Source: an uncultured Alphaproteobacteria bacterium
GTDB taxonomy: Bacteria > Pseudomonadota > Alphaproteobacteria > Rs-D84
Direction of reading: 5' to 3'
DNA length: 64,000 bases
Assembly (NCBI GenBank): GCA_946623825.1
Contig: CAMORN010000001.1
Coordinates: 258,246-322,245 of the forward strand
Both the position numbers and the translations under genes were made by a program. The notes below the pieces were generated by a model, which was given only the letters and a program-made list of their open reading frames with translations, searched no databases and had not been told where the DNA came from. This document shows positions 1 to 8,489 of this stretch, piece by piece. Position 1 is the first letter of the stretch. Each line of letters starts with the position of its first letter.

Positions 1-951
1 TATTTCTATTATTAAATTATGGCCGTTTTCCGCCCTTATTATACGTAATAAATCTTCAATTTTTTTCTTGGCCAAAGATTTTTGATAAAAATTTTCTATA
101 TCGTGTATAACTGTATAATTGTATAATTTATTTATAGAAAACGCGTTCGACAAATTATCAAAATAGATTCTTGGGAAAGTTGATATTGTGCCATTCTCTA
201 ATAAAATTTCTGATTCAAAACCTAATTCAGGCATAAAACGACTTAAAGAAAAACTTTTGTCAAAATTTGTTCCACCAATTTTTATACCAGTTGTGGCAAA
301 AACGTCATCTCTTCTGTTTGTTTTTTTTGCATGAGAAGGTCCTAATGCCATCGCTGTAAAATCACTGGTTCCACCACCAAGGTCTGCAACAAAAGCGTTT
401 GAATCAGATGAAATTTCTGCTTCCAATGCGAAAGAAGCGGCAATAGGTTCTTCTAAAAAAACAATATTCTGAAAGCCGAGTTTTTCTACTATTCTGCGCA
501 AATTTTGTTCCGCTTTTTTGTCGCGTTCATCATCGTCGTCAAAAAAGTGTACGGGGCGCCCCACAACAATACCGACAATGTTATCCGATCCGGCTTCTTC
601 AATTACACGTTTTTTTACACGGTTCAAGAAATTATAAATAAAACTGAAATAAGATATTTCTTTTAAATTGTTTATTCTTGTCGTTGCGTCTATGTCATCA
701 AGAATAGATTTTAGATTGCGTAAAAGCCGACCTTCGTAGTCGTGGTTTATGTACGCATTTATAGCCTGTCTGCCGACCAATAATTTGTTTAATTCTGGTA
801 TGTAGAACATTGCAGAAGGCATAGATTTACATTCTGTACCATTTTCAGATTTTTCCAAAATTGCCGTTTTAATAACAGGATTGTCTAAATCTGCGTATGA
901 TACAGAAGTGTTTGATGTTCCAAAATCTAAACCAATAACAATTCTTGGCAT
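1..951 (-). CDS. yegD: Hsp70/actin-fold ATPase, YegD-like (N-terminal 317 codons; 3' end lies beyond the window start)
   Basis: Absent from the ORF track because it runs off the edge. The reverse strand from ATG at 951-949 reads MPRIVIGLDFGTSNTSVSY ... VGRPVHFFDDDDERDKKAEQNLRRIVEKLGFQNIVFLEEPIAAS ... NAFVADLGGGTSDF, with no stop down to nt 1. It has the Hsp70-family phosphate-1/phosphate-2 motifs and is colinear with E. coli YegD as I recall it. Confidence 0.7.
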   Translation of the reverse strand, partial: MPRIVIGLDFGTSNTSVSYADLDNPVIKTAILEKSENGTECKSMPSAMFYIPELNKLLVGRQAINAYINHDYEGRLLRNLKSILDDIDATTRINNLKEISYFSFIYNFLNRVKKRVIEEAGSDNIVGIVVGRPVHFFDDDDERDKKAEQNLRRIVEKLGFQNIVFLEEPIAASFALEAEISSDSNAFVADLGGGTSDFTAMALGPSHAKKTNRRDDVFATTGIKIGGTNFDKSFSLSRFMPELGFESEILLENGTISTFPRIYFDNLSNAFSINKLYNYTVIHDIENFYQKSLAKKKIEDLLRIIRAENGHNLIIEI

Positions 952-955
952 TTTA

Positions 956-1141
956 TTAATCCATTTCTTCTGGTTCTGTATTGATATTGATACCAATAAG
1001 TTTGTTTTGCATATCTATGTAATATTGTAGTTGTGTATCTATAGAATCAATCACATCTTGTGGTGGATTGTTAAAGTTCATCAACATGTGTCTAATATTC
1101 TGTAAATTTGTAATTATTCTGACTAATTCATCTCTGTTCAT
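956..1141 (-). CDS. small hypothetical protein (61 aa), first gene of the yegD-like operon
   Basis: Trimmed from track ORF 956..1195. The 1195 start is TTG and lies upstream of the predicted -10. ATG at 1141 follows AAAGG and gives MNRDELVRIITNLQ... The stop is 4 nt before the yegD-like ATG. Confidence 0.45.
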   Translation of the reverse strand: MNRDELVRIITNLQNIRHMLMNFNNPPQDVIDSIDTQLQYYIDMQNKLIGININTEPEEMD

Positions 1142-1186
1142 AGCAAAAACCTTTTTACAAAATATAACTAAAAATGATATTGTATT

Positions 1187-1215
1187 TTTATACAATATTT
1201 ATATTGTCATTGCAA
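1187..1215 (-). promoter_or_regulatory. sigma70-type promoter for the small ORF/yegD-like operon
   Basis: On the reverse strand: TTGCAA (1215-1210), a 17-nt spacer, then TATAAA (1192-1187). Confidence 0.5.
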
Positions 1216-1255
1216 GCGCAAAAGTTGTTATATAAAACCACTTGGAAATATTTAA

Positions 1256-1433
1256 TTCTGGCGCGCCCAGAAGATTTACTCGGGCAAAGCCCTGCGTGGC
1301 AACCGTAACGATTTCACTGCACTTTGTTTGTAAAATCTACTTGTTGTCGAACCATGTTGAGTGTTCTCGTCCGTCTGGGCATAAATTAAAAACCGGTATG
1401 AAACCGGTTTTGAATTTCTGGCGCGCCCAGAAG
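1256..1433 (-). repeat. tRNA-Arg(ACG) 3'-end direct repeats (18 nt, 1256-1273 and 1416-1433) flanking a 142-bp non-coding insert
   Basis: TTCTGGCGCGCCCAGAAG occurs twice, 160 nt apart, and the second copy is the 3' end of the tRNA gene. The interior has a terminator hairpin, an inverted diverged tRNA T-arm/acceptor copy (1356-1382) and an 80-nt module (1274-1353) shared with the tRNA-Ser locus. Confidence 0.9.
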
Positions 1434-1495
1434 GATTCGAACCCTCAACCTTCTGATCCGTAGTCAGATGCTCTATCCAATTGAGCCATGGGCGC
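1419..1495 (-). tRNA. tRNA-Arg (anticodon ACG)
   Basis: The reverse strand folds as GCGCCCA-TG-GCTC-AATTGGATA-GAGC-A-TCTGA-CTACGGA-TCAGA-AGGTT-GAGGG-TTCGAAT-CCTTC-TGGGCGC-G-CCA. It is a 77-nt cloverleaf with an encoded CCA. Confidence 0.93.
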
Positions 1496-1545
1496 AACGA
1501 GGTATATTCTATCTTATTTTATTTCAATTGCAAGTAAAAATACAA

Positions 1546-2187
1546 TTATTTTGTTCTTTGTGCTTCTTTTATATATCTGTACCAATTAAAAGATGGTTGC
1601 TTAAAATAGGCTGTATTAAAATGGCAAGGGCAAACCGATTTATAAAAACTTTTGTCCGAAGATTGTTCTTTTGAATCGCCAATCTCTACTTGATTTCCAT
1701 TACGGACAACATCTCCGGTTTTTGTGCTGAATCTTAAATGATGTGTTGCTAATTTTCTGCAATTTTGGAATTCACAAACCGCTTCAAGACGGTGTTTTTC
1801 ATTGCATACCTTGAAAAGCCAATCTGATGCAGAAAATTTACCACCATTACTGTCAATCAACAAACCATAACAAAATATAGTTTTATCTAAATCTTTTGCG
1901 ATATGGTTTAATATATCTATATCTTGAACCGAGAAAAATTGGATTTCGTCAATCAATATAAATTGAGTGTCTTCTTTTGGAATATAAGATTGTAAATTTT
2001 GCAGGGCCTTGGCTGGTTCTCTTAATCCGATACGAGATACAATTTCAGAATCTGAATCTCTGTTATCAGCAGCAGGTTTTAATACTTCGTATTGTTTGCC
2101 GGAATTTTTTAATTTATAAGCATTTATAATAAGTTCTGTAGATTTAGCAGCGCCCATAACACCGTAAAAGAAATGCAGTTTTGCCAT
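1546..2187 (-). CDS. tdk: thymidine kinase
   Basis: MAKLHFFYGVMGAAKSTELI P-loop, DEIQFF, and a C-terminal Cys cluster. ATG with GAAAGG RBS. Confidence 0.88.
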   Translation of the reverse strand: MAKLHFFYGVMGAAKSTELIINAYKLKNSGKQYEVLKPAADNRDSDSEIVSRIGLREPAKALQNLQSYIPKEDTQFILIDEIQFFSVQDIDILNHIAKDLDKTIFCYGLLIDSNGGKFSASDWLFKVCNEKHRLEAVCEFQNCRKLATHHLRFSTKTGDVVRNGNQVEIGDSKEQSSDKSFYKSVCPCHFNTAYFKQPSFNWYRYIKEAQRTK

Positions 2188-2292
2188 TTTTTCACCTTTC
2201 CTTGTTATATTTCTCTCTTACATCCCTTTTGCCGTATATAAGCAAATTTATATAGGCTTGGTCAAGATGATATTTGTGTTTATTCATAAAAA

Positions 2293-3147
2293 ATGATAAA
2301 ATATTTTCGTATGAGGAAGAGTTTATTCATCTTAGCGTTGTTTTTCACAATGCCTGTTTTTGCAGGCAGTTTTTTGAAAGCACAATCTTTCCCAAAAACC
2401 TTTCAAGATTTATCTTTTTCAGACCGTATGCAATTCAAAATGGATGATTATGAATTGTATCAGCCTGAATATGATGCCAATGGTAATTGTATTTCTGGCT
2501 GTGCATATCCAGGAATAAATATTATACAGGAACACGAAACAAGTAATAATGATACGCAACAGGCTTTGCAACAATCTGAATCTTATCAACAACAACAGCG
2601 ACCATCAACAAATATATCTTTAGATACGCATCAACAACAACAGCACCCATCAACAAATATATCTTTAGATACGCGTGCTATAATAAATGCTGTAAATACA
2701 ACAAACGATGGGCCAGTATGTATAAATCGCAATGTAAATATTCCAGTTGGTCAGGTGGCGCCTTTCGGAAAACCTTTGATTGGAAATCCGCGTATATCTT
2801 CGCCATATGGCCCCAGAACATTGCATGGCAAACAAAGTTATCATGATGGTATAGATTTCGCTGTGCCCATTGGAACCAAGGTTTATTCTCCGGCTGATGC
2901 GACAGTGGTTCGTGTTATAAATGATAATCGTTGTGGCAAAGGATTAAGATTAAAACATAATGATGGCACACAGAGTATATATTGCCATTTAAACAGTCAG
3001 TTTGTAAATAATGGCGACAGGGTGGGGGCTGGTTGTCAAATTGCAGAATCTGGTAATACAGGACATTCAACTGGTCCACATTTGCATTATGGTTTAAGAA
3101 ATTCTGCCGGTAATAAAATAGACCCAACACCGTATATAAATCATTAA
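2293..3147 (+). CDS. secreted M23 (LytM-type) peptidoglycan endopeptidase
   Basis: Signal peptide. HDGIDFAVPIGTKVYSPADATVV and GNTGHSTGPHLHYGLR match the HxxxD and HxH zinc motifs. The N-terminal Q-rich region has a 15-aa duplication. Confidence 0.85.
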   Translation: MIKYFRMRKSLFILALFFTMPVFAGSFLKAQSFPKTFQDLSFSDRMQFKMDDYELYQPEYDANGNCISGCAYPGINIIQEHETSNNDTQQALQQSESYQQQQRPSTNISLDTHQQQQHPSTNISLDTRAIINAVNTTNDGPVCINRNVNIPVGQVAPFGKPLIGNPRISSPYGPRTLHGKQSYHDGIDFAVPIGTKVYSPADATVVRVINDNRCGKGLRLKHNDGTQSIYCHLNSQFVNNGDRVGAGCQIAESGNTGHSTGPHLHYGLRNSAGNKIDPTPYINH

Positions 3148-3151
3148 TTAT

Positions 3152-3514
3152 TTATTTTTTATGAAATTTAACTTCAAAACTGCCATTATTAAGTGGGCGA
3201 AAAGAAGCTATGCGCGGGCTTAATATACTGTCTGTTGCCCATTGTTGAAATTTGATTTTTAATATGCCGCTGGCGCCTGTGATAACCGTTGCGGAACGCG
3301 TGCCAGATGCGGCAACTTGTGCCAGCATATTCCAAGATTCTTCTTCGGTATGATTGTGAAAATCTATTATTGGGTGCGCTGGTAAAATTTCTGGTTTTGG
3401 AACCAGTGTTGATAAATGCAAAGATTTGCGAACTTCTTTTTTTACAGAATCATTTTCTGGTATGAATTCTGTACCAATCATATCCGCAATATCTTTGTCA
3501 TTTAATTTTTTCAT
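3152..3514 (-). CDS. Smr domain protein
   Basis: The C-terminal half (HPIIDFHNHTEEESWNMLAQVAASGTRSATVITGASGILK) resembles the Smr/MutS2 C-terminal domain. The start was moved to ATG 3514 because the track start 3535 is TTG. ATG 3514 lies 1 nt after the alaS stop. Confidence 0.65.
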   Translation of the reverse strand: MKKLNDKDIADMIGTEFIPENDSVKKEVRKSLHLSTLVPKPEILPAHPIIDFHNHTEEESWNMLAQVAASGTRSATVITGASGILKIKFQQWATDSILSPRIASFRPLNNGSFEVKFHKK

Positions 3515-3515
3515 T

Positions 3516-5594
3516 TTATTCAGCCAAATTCCCAACAGACATTGTTATACGGCGAATACCAGAACTGATAGATTTTTCTTTGTTTATACGAGCTTTGATA
3601 ATTTCGCCTGTGTGATAAATGTGTGTTCCACCACATAATTCACAAGAAACATCGCCTGCGGTGATAACACGAACTGTGTCGCCATATTTTTCACCGAACA
3701 AAGCCATTGCGCCGCGTTTCTTGGCGGATTCAATATCCATTTCTTCGTGTGCAACAGACAAATCTTCTTTTATCCATTTGTTAATTAAATCTTCAACTGC
3801 CTGTTTTTCTTCTGCTGTTAAAGAGCGACCAAATGAAAAATCAAAACGAACAGAATCAGGCGCAACCTTAGACCCGCGTTGTTCAACATCGTCATTTAAT
3901 ACCTGACGCAGGGCGGCTTGTAATAAATGTGTCGCGGTGTGTGCGCGTGCAGTCTGTTGACGGACATTTTGATTTATTTCTGGCATAATTTCATCACCAA
4001 CAGAAATTGTTTTGGTTAAAATTCCTTTGTGAATAACAATGTGTCCTACACGATTTGTTTCGGAAATATTCATAACAATTTCATCGTTTTGTTTAAATAC
4101 ACCGCTGTCGCCAACCTGACCACCCTGTGTTCCATAGAATGGTGTGTGGTCCAACGCGATTTCAACTTCATCGTTTTCATTTGCAGATTTTACAAATTCT
4201 TCACCACGCAAAATTGCTAACACTTTCGCAGGTTTTGTTGTTTTTGTTTCATATTTTTCAATATCAATTGTGTCTGGTAAATCGGTTTGAGATTCCCACA
4301 ACAATTTTGTTCCACGTGTATCTGCGCGTGAACGTTCTTTCTGTTCTGCCATACATTTTTCAAAACCAGCAACATCAACAGAAATATTTTTATCACGCAA
4401 AATCATTTGGGTTAAATCAACAGGAAAACCATATGTGTCGAATAATTTGAATGCGATATTGCCAGGCAAGATATTGTTGTTAATATTAGGTATTTCATTT
4501 TCCAATAATTTCATACCATTTTGCAACATATCTGCAAAGGCGTTTTCTTCGTTTTTAATTATTTCAACAACATGTGCTTCTTGTGTCTTTAATTCTGGAT
4601 ATGCATCGCCCATTTCTTTTACGAGAGCAGGGTAAAGAGCAGACAACAAAGCCCCCTTGTGTCCCAGCATTTGTCCATGACGCATCGCGCGTCTTAAAAT
4701 TCTGCGAATTACATAACCACGGTCTGCGTTGCTTGGGATAACACCGTCAGCAATTGCAAAACCAACAGAACGTAAATGGTCTGTGATAACTTTGAAACTT
4801 GTGATGTTTTCAGGTGTTTCTTTTACACCGGTTAAATCAGCAACAGCCTGTTTTAAATTTACAAACAAATCTGTGTCATAGTTATCATGTTTGTTTTGCA
4901 TAATAGATGCAAATCTTTCAAGACCAGCACCAGTATCAACATTTTGTTTTGGTAATGGACTTAAAACACCATTTGCATCACGGTCATATTGCATAAATAC
5001 ATCATTCCAGATTTCAACATAACGGCCACCGTCTTCGTTTGGTGTTCCTGGTAATCCGCCCGGCATATCTGGACCGAAATCATAGTGCATTTCTGTACAT
5101 GGACCACATGGGCCGGTTTCGCCCGCAGACCACCAATTGTCTTTATCTAATCTGATTGCGTCTTTGCCAGTTATTTTTTTCCATATTGCGGTCGCTTCAT
5201 CATCGCTGATGTGTGTCGTTACAACAATTCTTTCTGGGTCCAGACCGAATACCTTGGTCAATAATTCCCATGACATTTCGATTGCGCCTTCTTTGAAATA
5301 ATCGCCGAAAGACCAATTTCCCAACATTTCAAAGAAAGTATGATGACGGCCATCAAAACCGACATCTTCTAAATCATTATGTTTGCCACCTGCGCGGATA
5401 CATTTTTGAACATCTGCAACGCGTGGTGCAAATGCAGGTTCTGTTCCTTGTAAAATACCTTTCCATGGCACCATACCAGCAACCGTGAATAACAGTGTTG
5501 GATCATTTGGTATCAAAGATGCGGACGGAACAATTGTGTGTCCCTTTGATTTAAAATAATCTAAAAATAATTTTCTTATTTCATTATAAGTCAT
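3516..5594 (-). CDS. alaS: alanine--tRNA ligase, short form (692 aa, no C-Ala domain)
   Basis: MTYNEIRKLFLDYFKSKGHTIVPSASLIPNDPTLLFTVAGM..., the class II core, and editing-domain motifs TATHLLQAAL and CGGTHIYHTGEI. The ORF ends right after the editing domain. Confidence 0.93.
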   Translation of the reverse strand: MTYNEIRKLFLDYFKSKGHTIVPSASLIPNDPTLLFTVAGMVPWKGILQGTEPAFAPRVADVQKCIRAGGKHNDLEDVGFDGRHHTFFEMLGNWSFGDYFKEGAIEMSWELLTKVFGLDPERIVVTTHISDDEATAIWKKITGKDAIRLDKDNWWSAGETGPCGPCTEMHYDFGPDMPGGLPGTPNEDGGRYVEIWNDVFMQYDRDANGVLSPLPKQNVDTGAGLERFASIMQNKHDNYDTDLFVNLKQAVADLTGVKETPENITSFKVITDHLRSVGFAIADGVIPSNADRGYVIRRILRRAMRHGQMLGHKGALLSALYPALVKEMGDAYPELKTQEAHVVEIIKNEENAFADMLQNGMKLLENEIPNINNNILPGNIAFKLFDTYGFPVDLTQMILRDKNISVDVAGFEKCMAEQKERSRADTRGTKLLWESQTDLPDTIDIEKYETKTTKPAKVLAILRGEEFVKSANENDEVEIALDHTPFYGTQGGQVGDSGVFKQNDEIVMNISETNRVGHIVIHKGILTKTISVGDEIMPEINQNVRQQTARAHTATHLLQAALRQVLNDDVEQRGSKVAPDSVRFDFSFGRSLTAEEKQAVEDLINKWIKEDLSVAHEEMDIESAKKRGAMALFGEKYGDTVRVITAGDVSCELCGGTHIYHTGEIIKARINKEKSISSGIRRITMSVGNLAE

Positions 5595-5711
5595 TGTATT
5601 TTTCCTTTTAGTCGTCTTATGATAAAATTATTAGTTTCAATATTCAATCATAAAATTGCAAAAGATATATTTTTTATGATATAATAGTCTTGTTATAACG
5701 AGAGAGACACC

Positions 5712-6200
5712 ATGAATAAAAAACCGGGTTTATTATTTGTAGTAGTAGTTTTTGCCATGATTATATTGGCTGCGTCATTCAATATGAATCTCGGCGGTGG
5801 GTCTGTTGTGCATTTAAGGGCAGGTATAAATCCTGATACTATATTGTATGTATGTCCAATCACGGAAAGTAATTGGAATGTATTTGCGTCTGCGTTTTCT
5901 TTATGGGAAAAATATGTATACATGTTTTTCATTTTTGCAGCAATCGTTTTGTCATTCAGTTGGGGCTGGGCATTATATCAAAATTTATTAAAAGATAAAT
6001 TTAGTGCTGATGCGTATAAAAACCCATGGGGACTAACCAAGATATTTTTCTGGGCTGGTGTGATATGTACCGTGTTGGCGGTTACACCAAATCATTTCAG
6101 AACTGTTCATGTTCGTGGTGATAATCGAAATTGGGTTTTATGTGAAAACTTTTCAGAAGGTGCGCGTCCTGTAAGGGCTCAGGCCGTAGAATTGCGCTAA
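5712..6200 (+). CDS. hypothetical multi-pass membrane protein
   Basis: 162-aa ORF with ATG, a GAGAGAG RBS-like stretch and several hydrophobic segments. No motif recognised. Confidence 0.5.
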   Translation: MNKKPGLLFVVVVFAMIILAASFNMNLGGGSVVHLRAGINPDTILYVCPITESNWNVFASAFSLWEKYVYMFFIFAAIVLSFSWGWALYQNLLKDKFSADAYKNPWGLTKIFFWAGVICTVLAVTPNHFRTVHVRGDNRNWVLCENFSEGARPVRAQAVELR

Positions 6201-6250
6201 ATTGAATTTTGTCAATAAAATAAAATTTTTATAAATTTTTAATAAAAGTC

Positions 6251-6279
6251 TTGACTTGAACCGCAGTTTTCTCTACGAT
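6251..6279 (+). promoter_or_regulatory. sigma70-type promoter of hup
   Basis: TTGACT (6251-6256), a 17-nt spacer, then TACGAT (6274-6279). It gives a leader of about 110 nt. Confidence 0.55.
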
Positions 6280-6397
6280 TCGGGTAAGCAGTGGAGGCAA
6301 TGTCTTTGGAAATCAAATAAAAAAGATATTGTTCCAAGGGCATTGCCTTTGAAAACTGTTAGACAACCTTAAAAACTCTATATGAAAGGAGAAACTC

Positions 6398-6670
6398 ATG
6401 AACAAACAAGAATTGATTGAAGCAATTGCAAATGAAGTTGATGTTCCAAAAGTAACAGCAGCTGGTTGCTTGGATGCTTTCATCAGCACAGTAACAAAAG
6501 TATTGAAGAAAAAAGGCGAAGTTCGTTTAGTTGGTTTTGGTACATTTGCTACAACAAAACGTAAAGCAACAACTGGCCGTAATCCTCAAACAGGTGCAGA
6601 AATCAAAATTCCTGCTTCCACACAACCAAAATTCCGTCCAGGCAAAGCCTTGAAGGAAGCTTTGAACTAA
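6398..6670 (+). CDS. hup: DNA-binding protein HU
   Basis: MNKQELIEAIANEV...RLVGFGTFATTKRKATTGRNPQTGAEIKIPAS..., a typical 90-aa HU/IHF fold. AAAGGAG RBS. Confidence 0.93.
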   Translation: MNKQELIEAIANEVDVPKVTAAGCLDAFISTVTKVLKKKGEVRLVGFGTFATTKRKATTGRNPQTGAEIKIPASTQPKFRPGKALKEALN

Positions 6671-6696
6671 ACTGTAGTTTGTTTTAAGTAGAGGTT

Positions 6697-6729
6697 AAAA
6701 ACACCCGCAAATTTGTGGGTGTTTTTTTT
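6697..6729 (+). terminator. intrinsic terminator after hup
   Basis: AAAAACACCCGCAAATTTGTGGGTGTTTTTTTT: a GC-rich hairpin followed by a T-run. Confidence 0.8.
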
Positions 6730-6803
6730 GGAAAAAAATCTGCTTGATAATGATATTTTTATTGATAAAATTTTTATGTATTTAAAACAAAGGAAGGAAT
6801 ACA

Positions 6804-7238
6804 ATGGCAACAAAAAAACAAACTAAAAAAACAACAAAAACAGTTGCTAAAAAAGCAACAGTAAAAAAAGCCCCAGTCGTTGAACAAGAAACACCATGTA
6901 CATGTGGTTGTGGATGTCATAAACATGGATTTACGCATTTGTTAAAAAAATTGATAATATTGGCAATCGTATTCTTGTTGGGTATGTTTGCAGGTCAATC
7001 AATTCATTTTGGCAAACCAAAATCTTGTCCATTTAATCATATGCAACCAGTATTCACAAATGGTTGCTTGGACATGAGTGCAATCAAATGCCCAAAGATG
7101 CAAGAAAAATTATTGAAAGCCGATGCAAATGATGACGGTTGTGTTTCTGCAGAAGAATATAAATCAATGAAACAAGTAATGCGTCAAGACAAACACGGTA
7201 AAAAATTTCATGGTTTTAAACATCAACAAAAAGATTAA
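6804..7238 (+). CDS. hypothetical membrane protein with Lys-rich N-terminus, Cys cluster and EF-hand-like loop
   Basis: MATKKQTKKTTKTVAKK..., CTCGCGCHKHG, one TM segment, and DANDDGCVSAEEY (a DxDxDG-like loop). Confidence 0.5.
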   Translation: MATKKQTKKTTKTVAKKATVKKAPVVEQETPCTCGCGCHKHGFTHLLKKLIILAIVFLLGMFAGQSIHFGKPKSCPFNHMQPVFTNGCLDMSAIKCPKMQEKLLKADANDDGCVSAEEYKSMKQVMRQDKHGKKFHGFKHQQKD

Positions 7239-7245
7239 TTAAAAC

Positions 7246-7281
7246 AAAAAAACACCCCGATTTTTTTCGGGGTGTTTTTTT
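7246..7281. terminator. bidirectional intrinsic terminator between the 6804 gene and smpB
   Basis: AAAAAACACCCCGATTTTTTTCGGGGTGTTTTTTTTT, with A/T runs on both sides. Confidence 0.75.
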
Positions 7282-7749
7282 TTATCCTTTCATAATTCTA
7301 GATTTGTTTCTTTCCCATTCGCGTTGTTTGATTGTTTCACGTTTATCCACTTTGTTTTTACCATAACCGATACCCAGTAAAACCTTCAATTTGCCACGAT
7401 TGTTAAAATACAATTTCAAAGGAAAAATGGTTGCACCTTTTTCTTGCAATTTTCCAATCATACGATTGATTTGATTTCTGTGTAATAATAATTGTCTTTG
7501 ACGTCTTTCGTCAAAATTCACAATACGGTTTGCTGTCGGTAATTTTTGAATTTCAACACCCGCCAGAAATAAATTATCACCGCGTCTTTGAACGAAGCCA
7601 TCAACAATAGTTACCAACCCATAACGTACAGATTTTATTTCCGCCCCAGTCAATGAAATACCAGCCTCTATTGTGTCTTCAATAGAGTAAGCAAAACGGG
7701 CCTTGCGATTTTCAGAAACCTGACCAGATTTAATTATTTGACGTGGCAT
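7282..7749 (-). CDS. smpB: SsrA-binding protein SmpB
   Basis: ENRKARFAYSIEDTIEAGISLTGAEIKSVR..., with a typical length of 155 aa. Confidence 0.92.
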   Translation of the reverse strand: MPRQIIKSGQVSENRKARFAYSIEDTIEAGISLTGAEIKSVRYGLVTIVDGFVQRRGDNLFLAGVEIQKLPTANRIVNFDERRQRQLLLHRNQINRMIGKLQEKGATIFPLKLYFNNRGKLKVLLGIGYGKNKVDKRETIKQREWERNKSRIMKG

Positions 7750-8489
7750 TTTGGATATAATCTCTTTGTGTTTTCTGTAAGTATAGTTTCTAAATCTTCA
7801 ATTTGCAAATTTTTAATGTTTGCTAAAACCCGCGCTGTTTCAATCATCATTGCAGATTCGCATGGTTTTCCACGATATGGAACCGGTGCACAATATGGCG
7901 CATCTGTTTCAATAACAATTCTGTCGTTTGGTATTTTTGCAAATGTTTCGCGTATAGAATCAGCGTTTTTAAATGTTAAAATACCGCTGGCTGAAAAATA
8001 AAAACCACGGTCCAACATAATTTTTGCCAATTCCCAATTTGATGTAAAACAGTGCATAACCCCGTGATATTTATCAGTTAAAATATTTGCGGTGTCTTGT
8101 TCTGCGTCTCTGGTATGAATTGCCACTGGCAAATTGTGTTTATAAGCAATATCCAATTGTTTTTCGAACAATTCAATTTGTTTGTTGCGTGTTTGCGGGT
8201 TGTAATGGTAATCAAGTCCAATTTCGCCAACACCGACAACCAACGGATTTGATAAAATTTCATCTGTTAAAAAATCGGCAGGATTTGTATCTACATAATC
8301 AGGGTGAATACCAGTTGTCACAAAAATATTATTATGTGTTTCCGCTATTTTAATTGCAGGTTTTATGTCTGTTGGATCTGCTGTGGCACAAATCATAATT
8401 CCAACGCCAACATCGTTTGCGTGTTTGATATAATCATCTGGTCCATCAGGCAAATCATATGTTAAATGACAATGTGTATCTATAAACAT
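7734..8489 (-). CDS. tatD: TatD-family metal-dependent hydrolase
   Basis: MFIDTHCHL..., GEIGLDY, AIHTRDA, ETDAPY. Confidence 0.88.
   Translation of the reverse strand: MFIDTHCHLTYDLPDGPDDYIKHANDVGVGIMICATADPTDIKPAIKIAETHNNIFVTTGIHPDYVDTNPADFLTDEILSNPLVVGVGEIGLDYHYNPQTRNKQIELFEKQLDIAYKHNLPVAIHTRDAEQDTANILTDKYHGVMHCFTSNWELAKIMLDRGFYFSASGILTFKNADSIRETFAKIPNDRIVIETDAPYCAPVPYRGKPCESAMMIETARVLANIKNLQIEDLETILTENTKRLYPKCHVK

Noticed and set aside
1242-1674. Track ORFs 1242..1463, 1276..1497 and 1468..1674 (and 15125..15542 at the Ser locus), taken as coding.
   Set aside because: They overlap tRNA genes and the non-coding inserts, start with TTG in poor context, and have no coding-like composition.
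3516-3535. A 20-nt overlap between alaS and the Smr gene, as given by the track.
   Set aside because: The 3535 start is TTG. An ATG at 3514, 1 nt after the alaS stop, gives a conventional coupled arrangement, so no real overlap is required.
3426-5000. Numerous 60-140-aa antisense or off-frame ORFs inside alaS, lon, murJ, queA, lysS, the giant gene and others.
   Set aside because: They are nested within long ORFs with clear homology, have low-complexity translations and no RBS. This is the usual background in AT-rich DNA.
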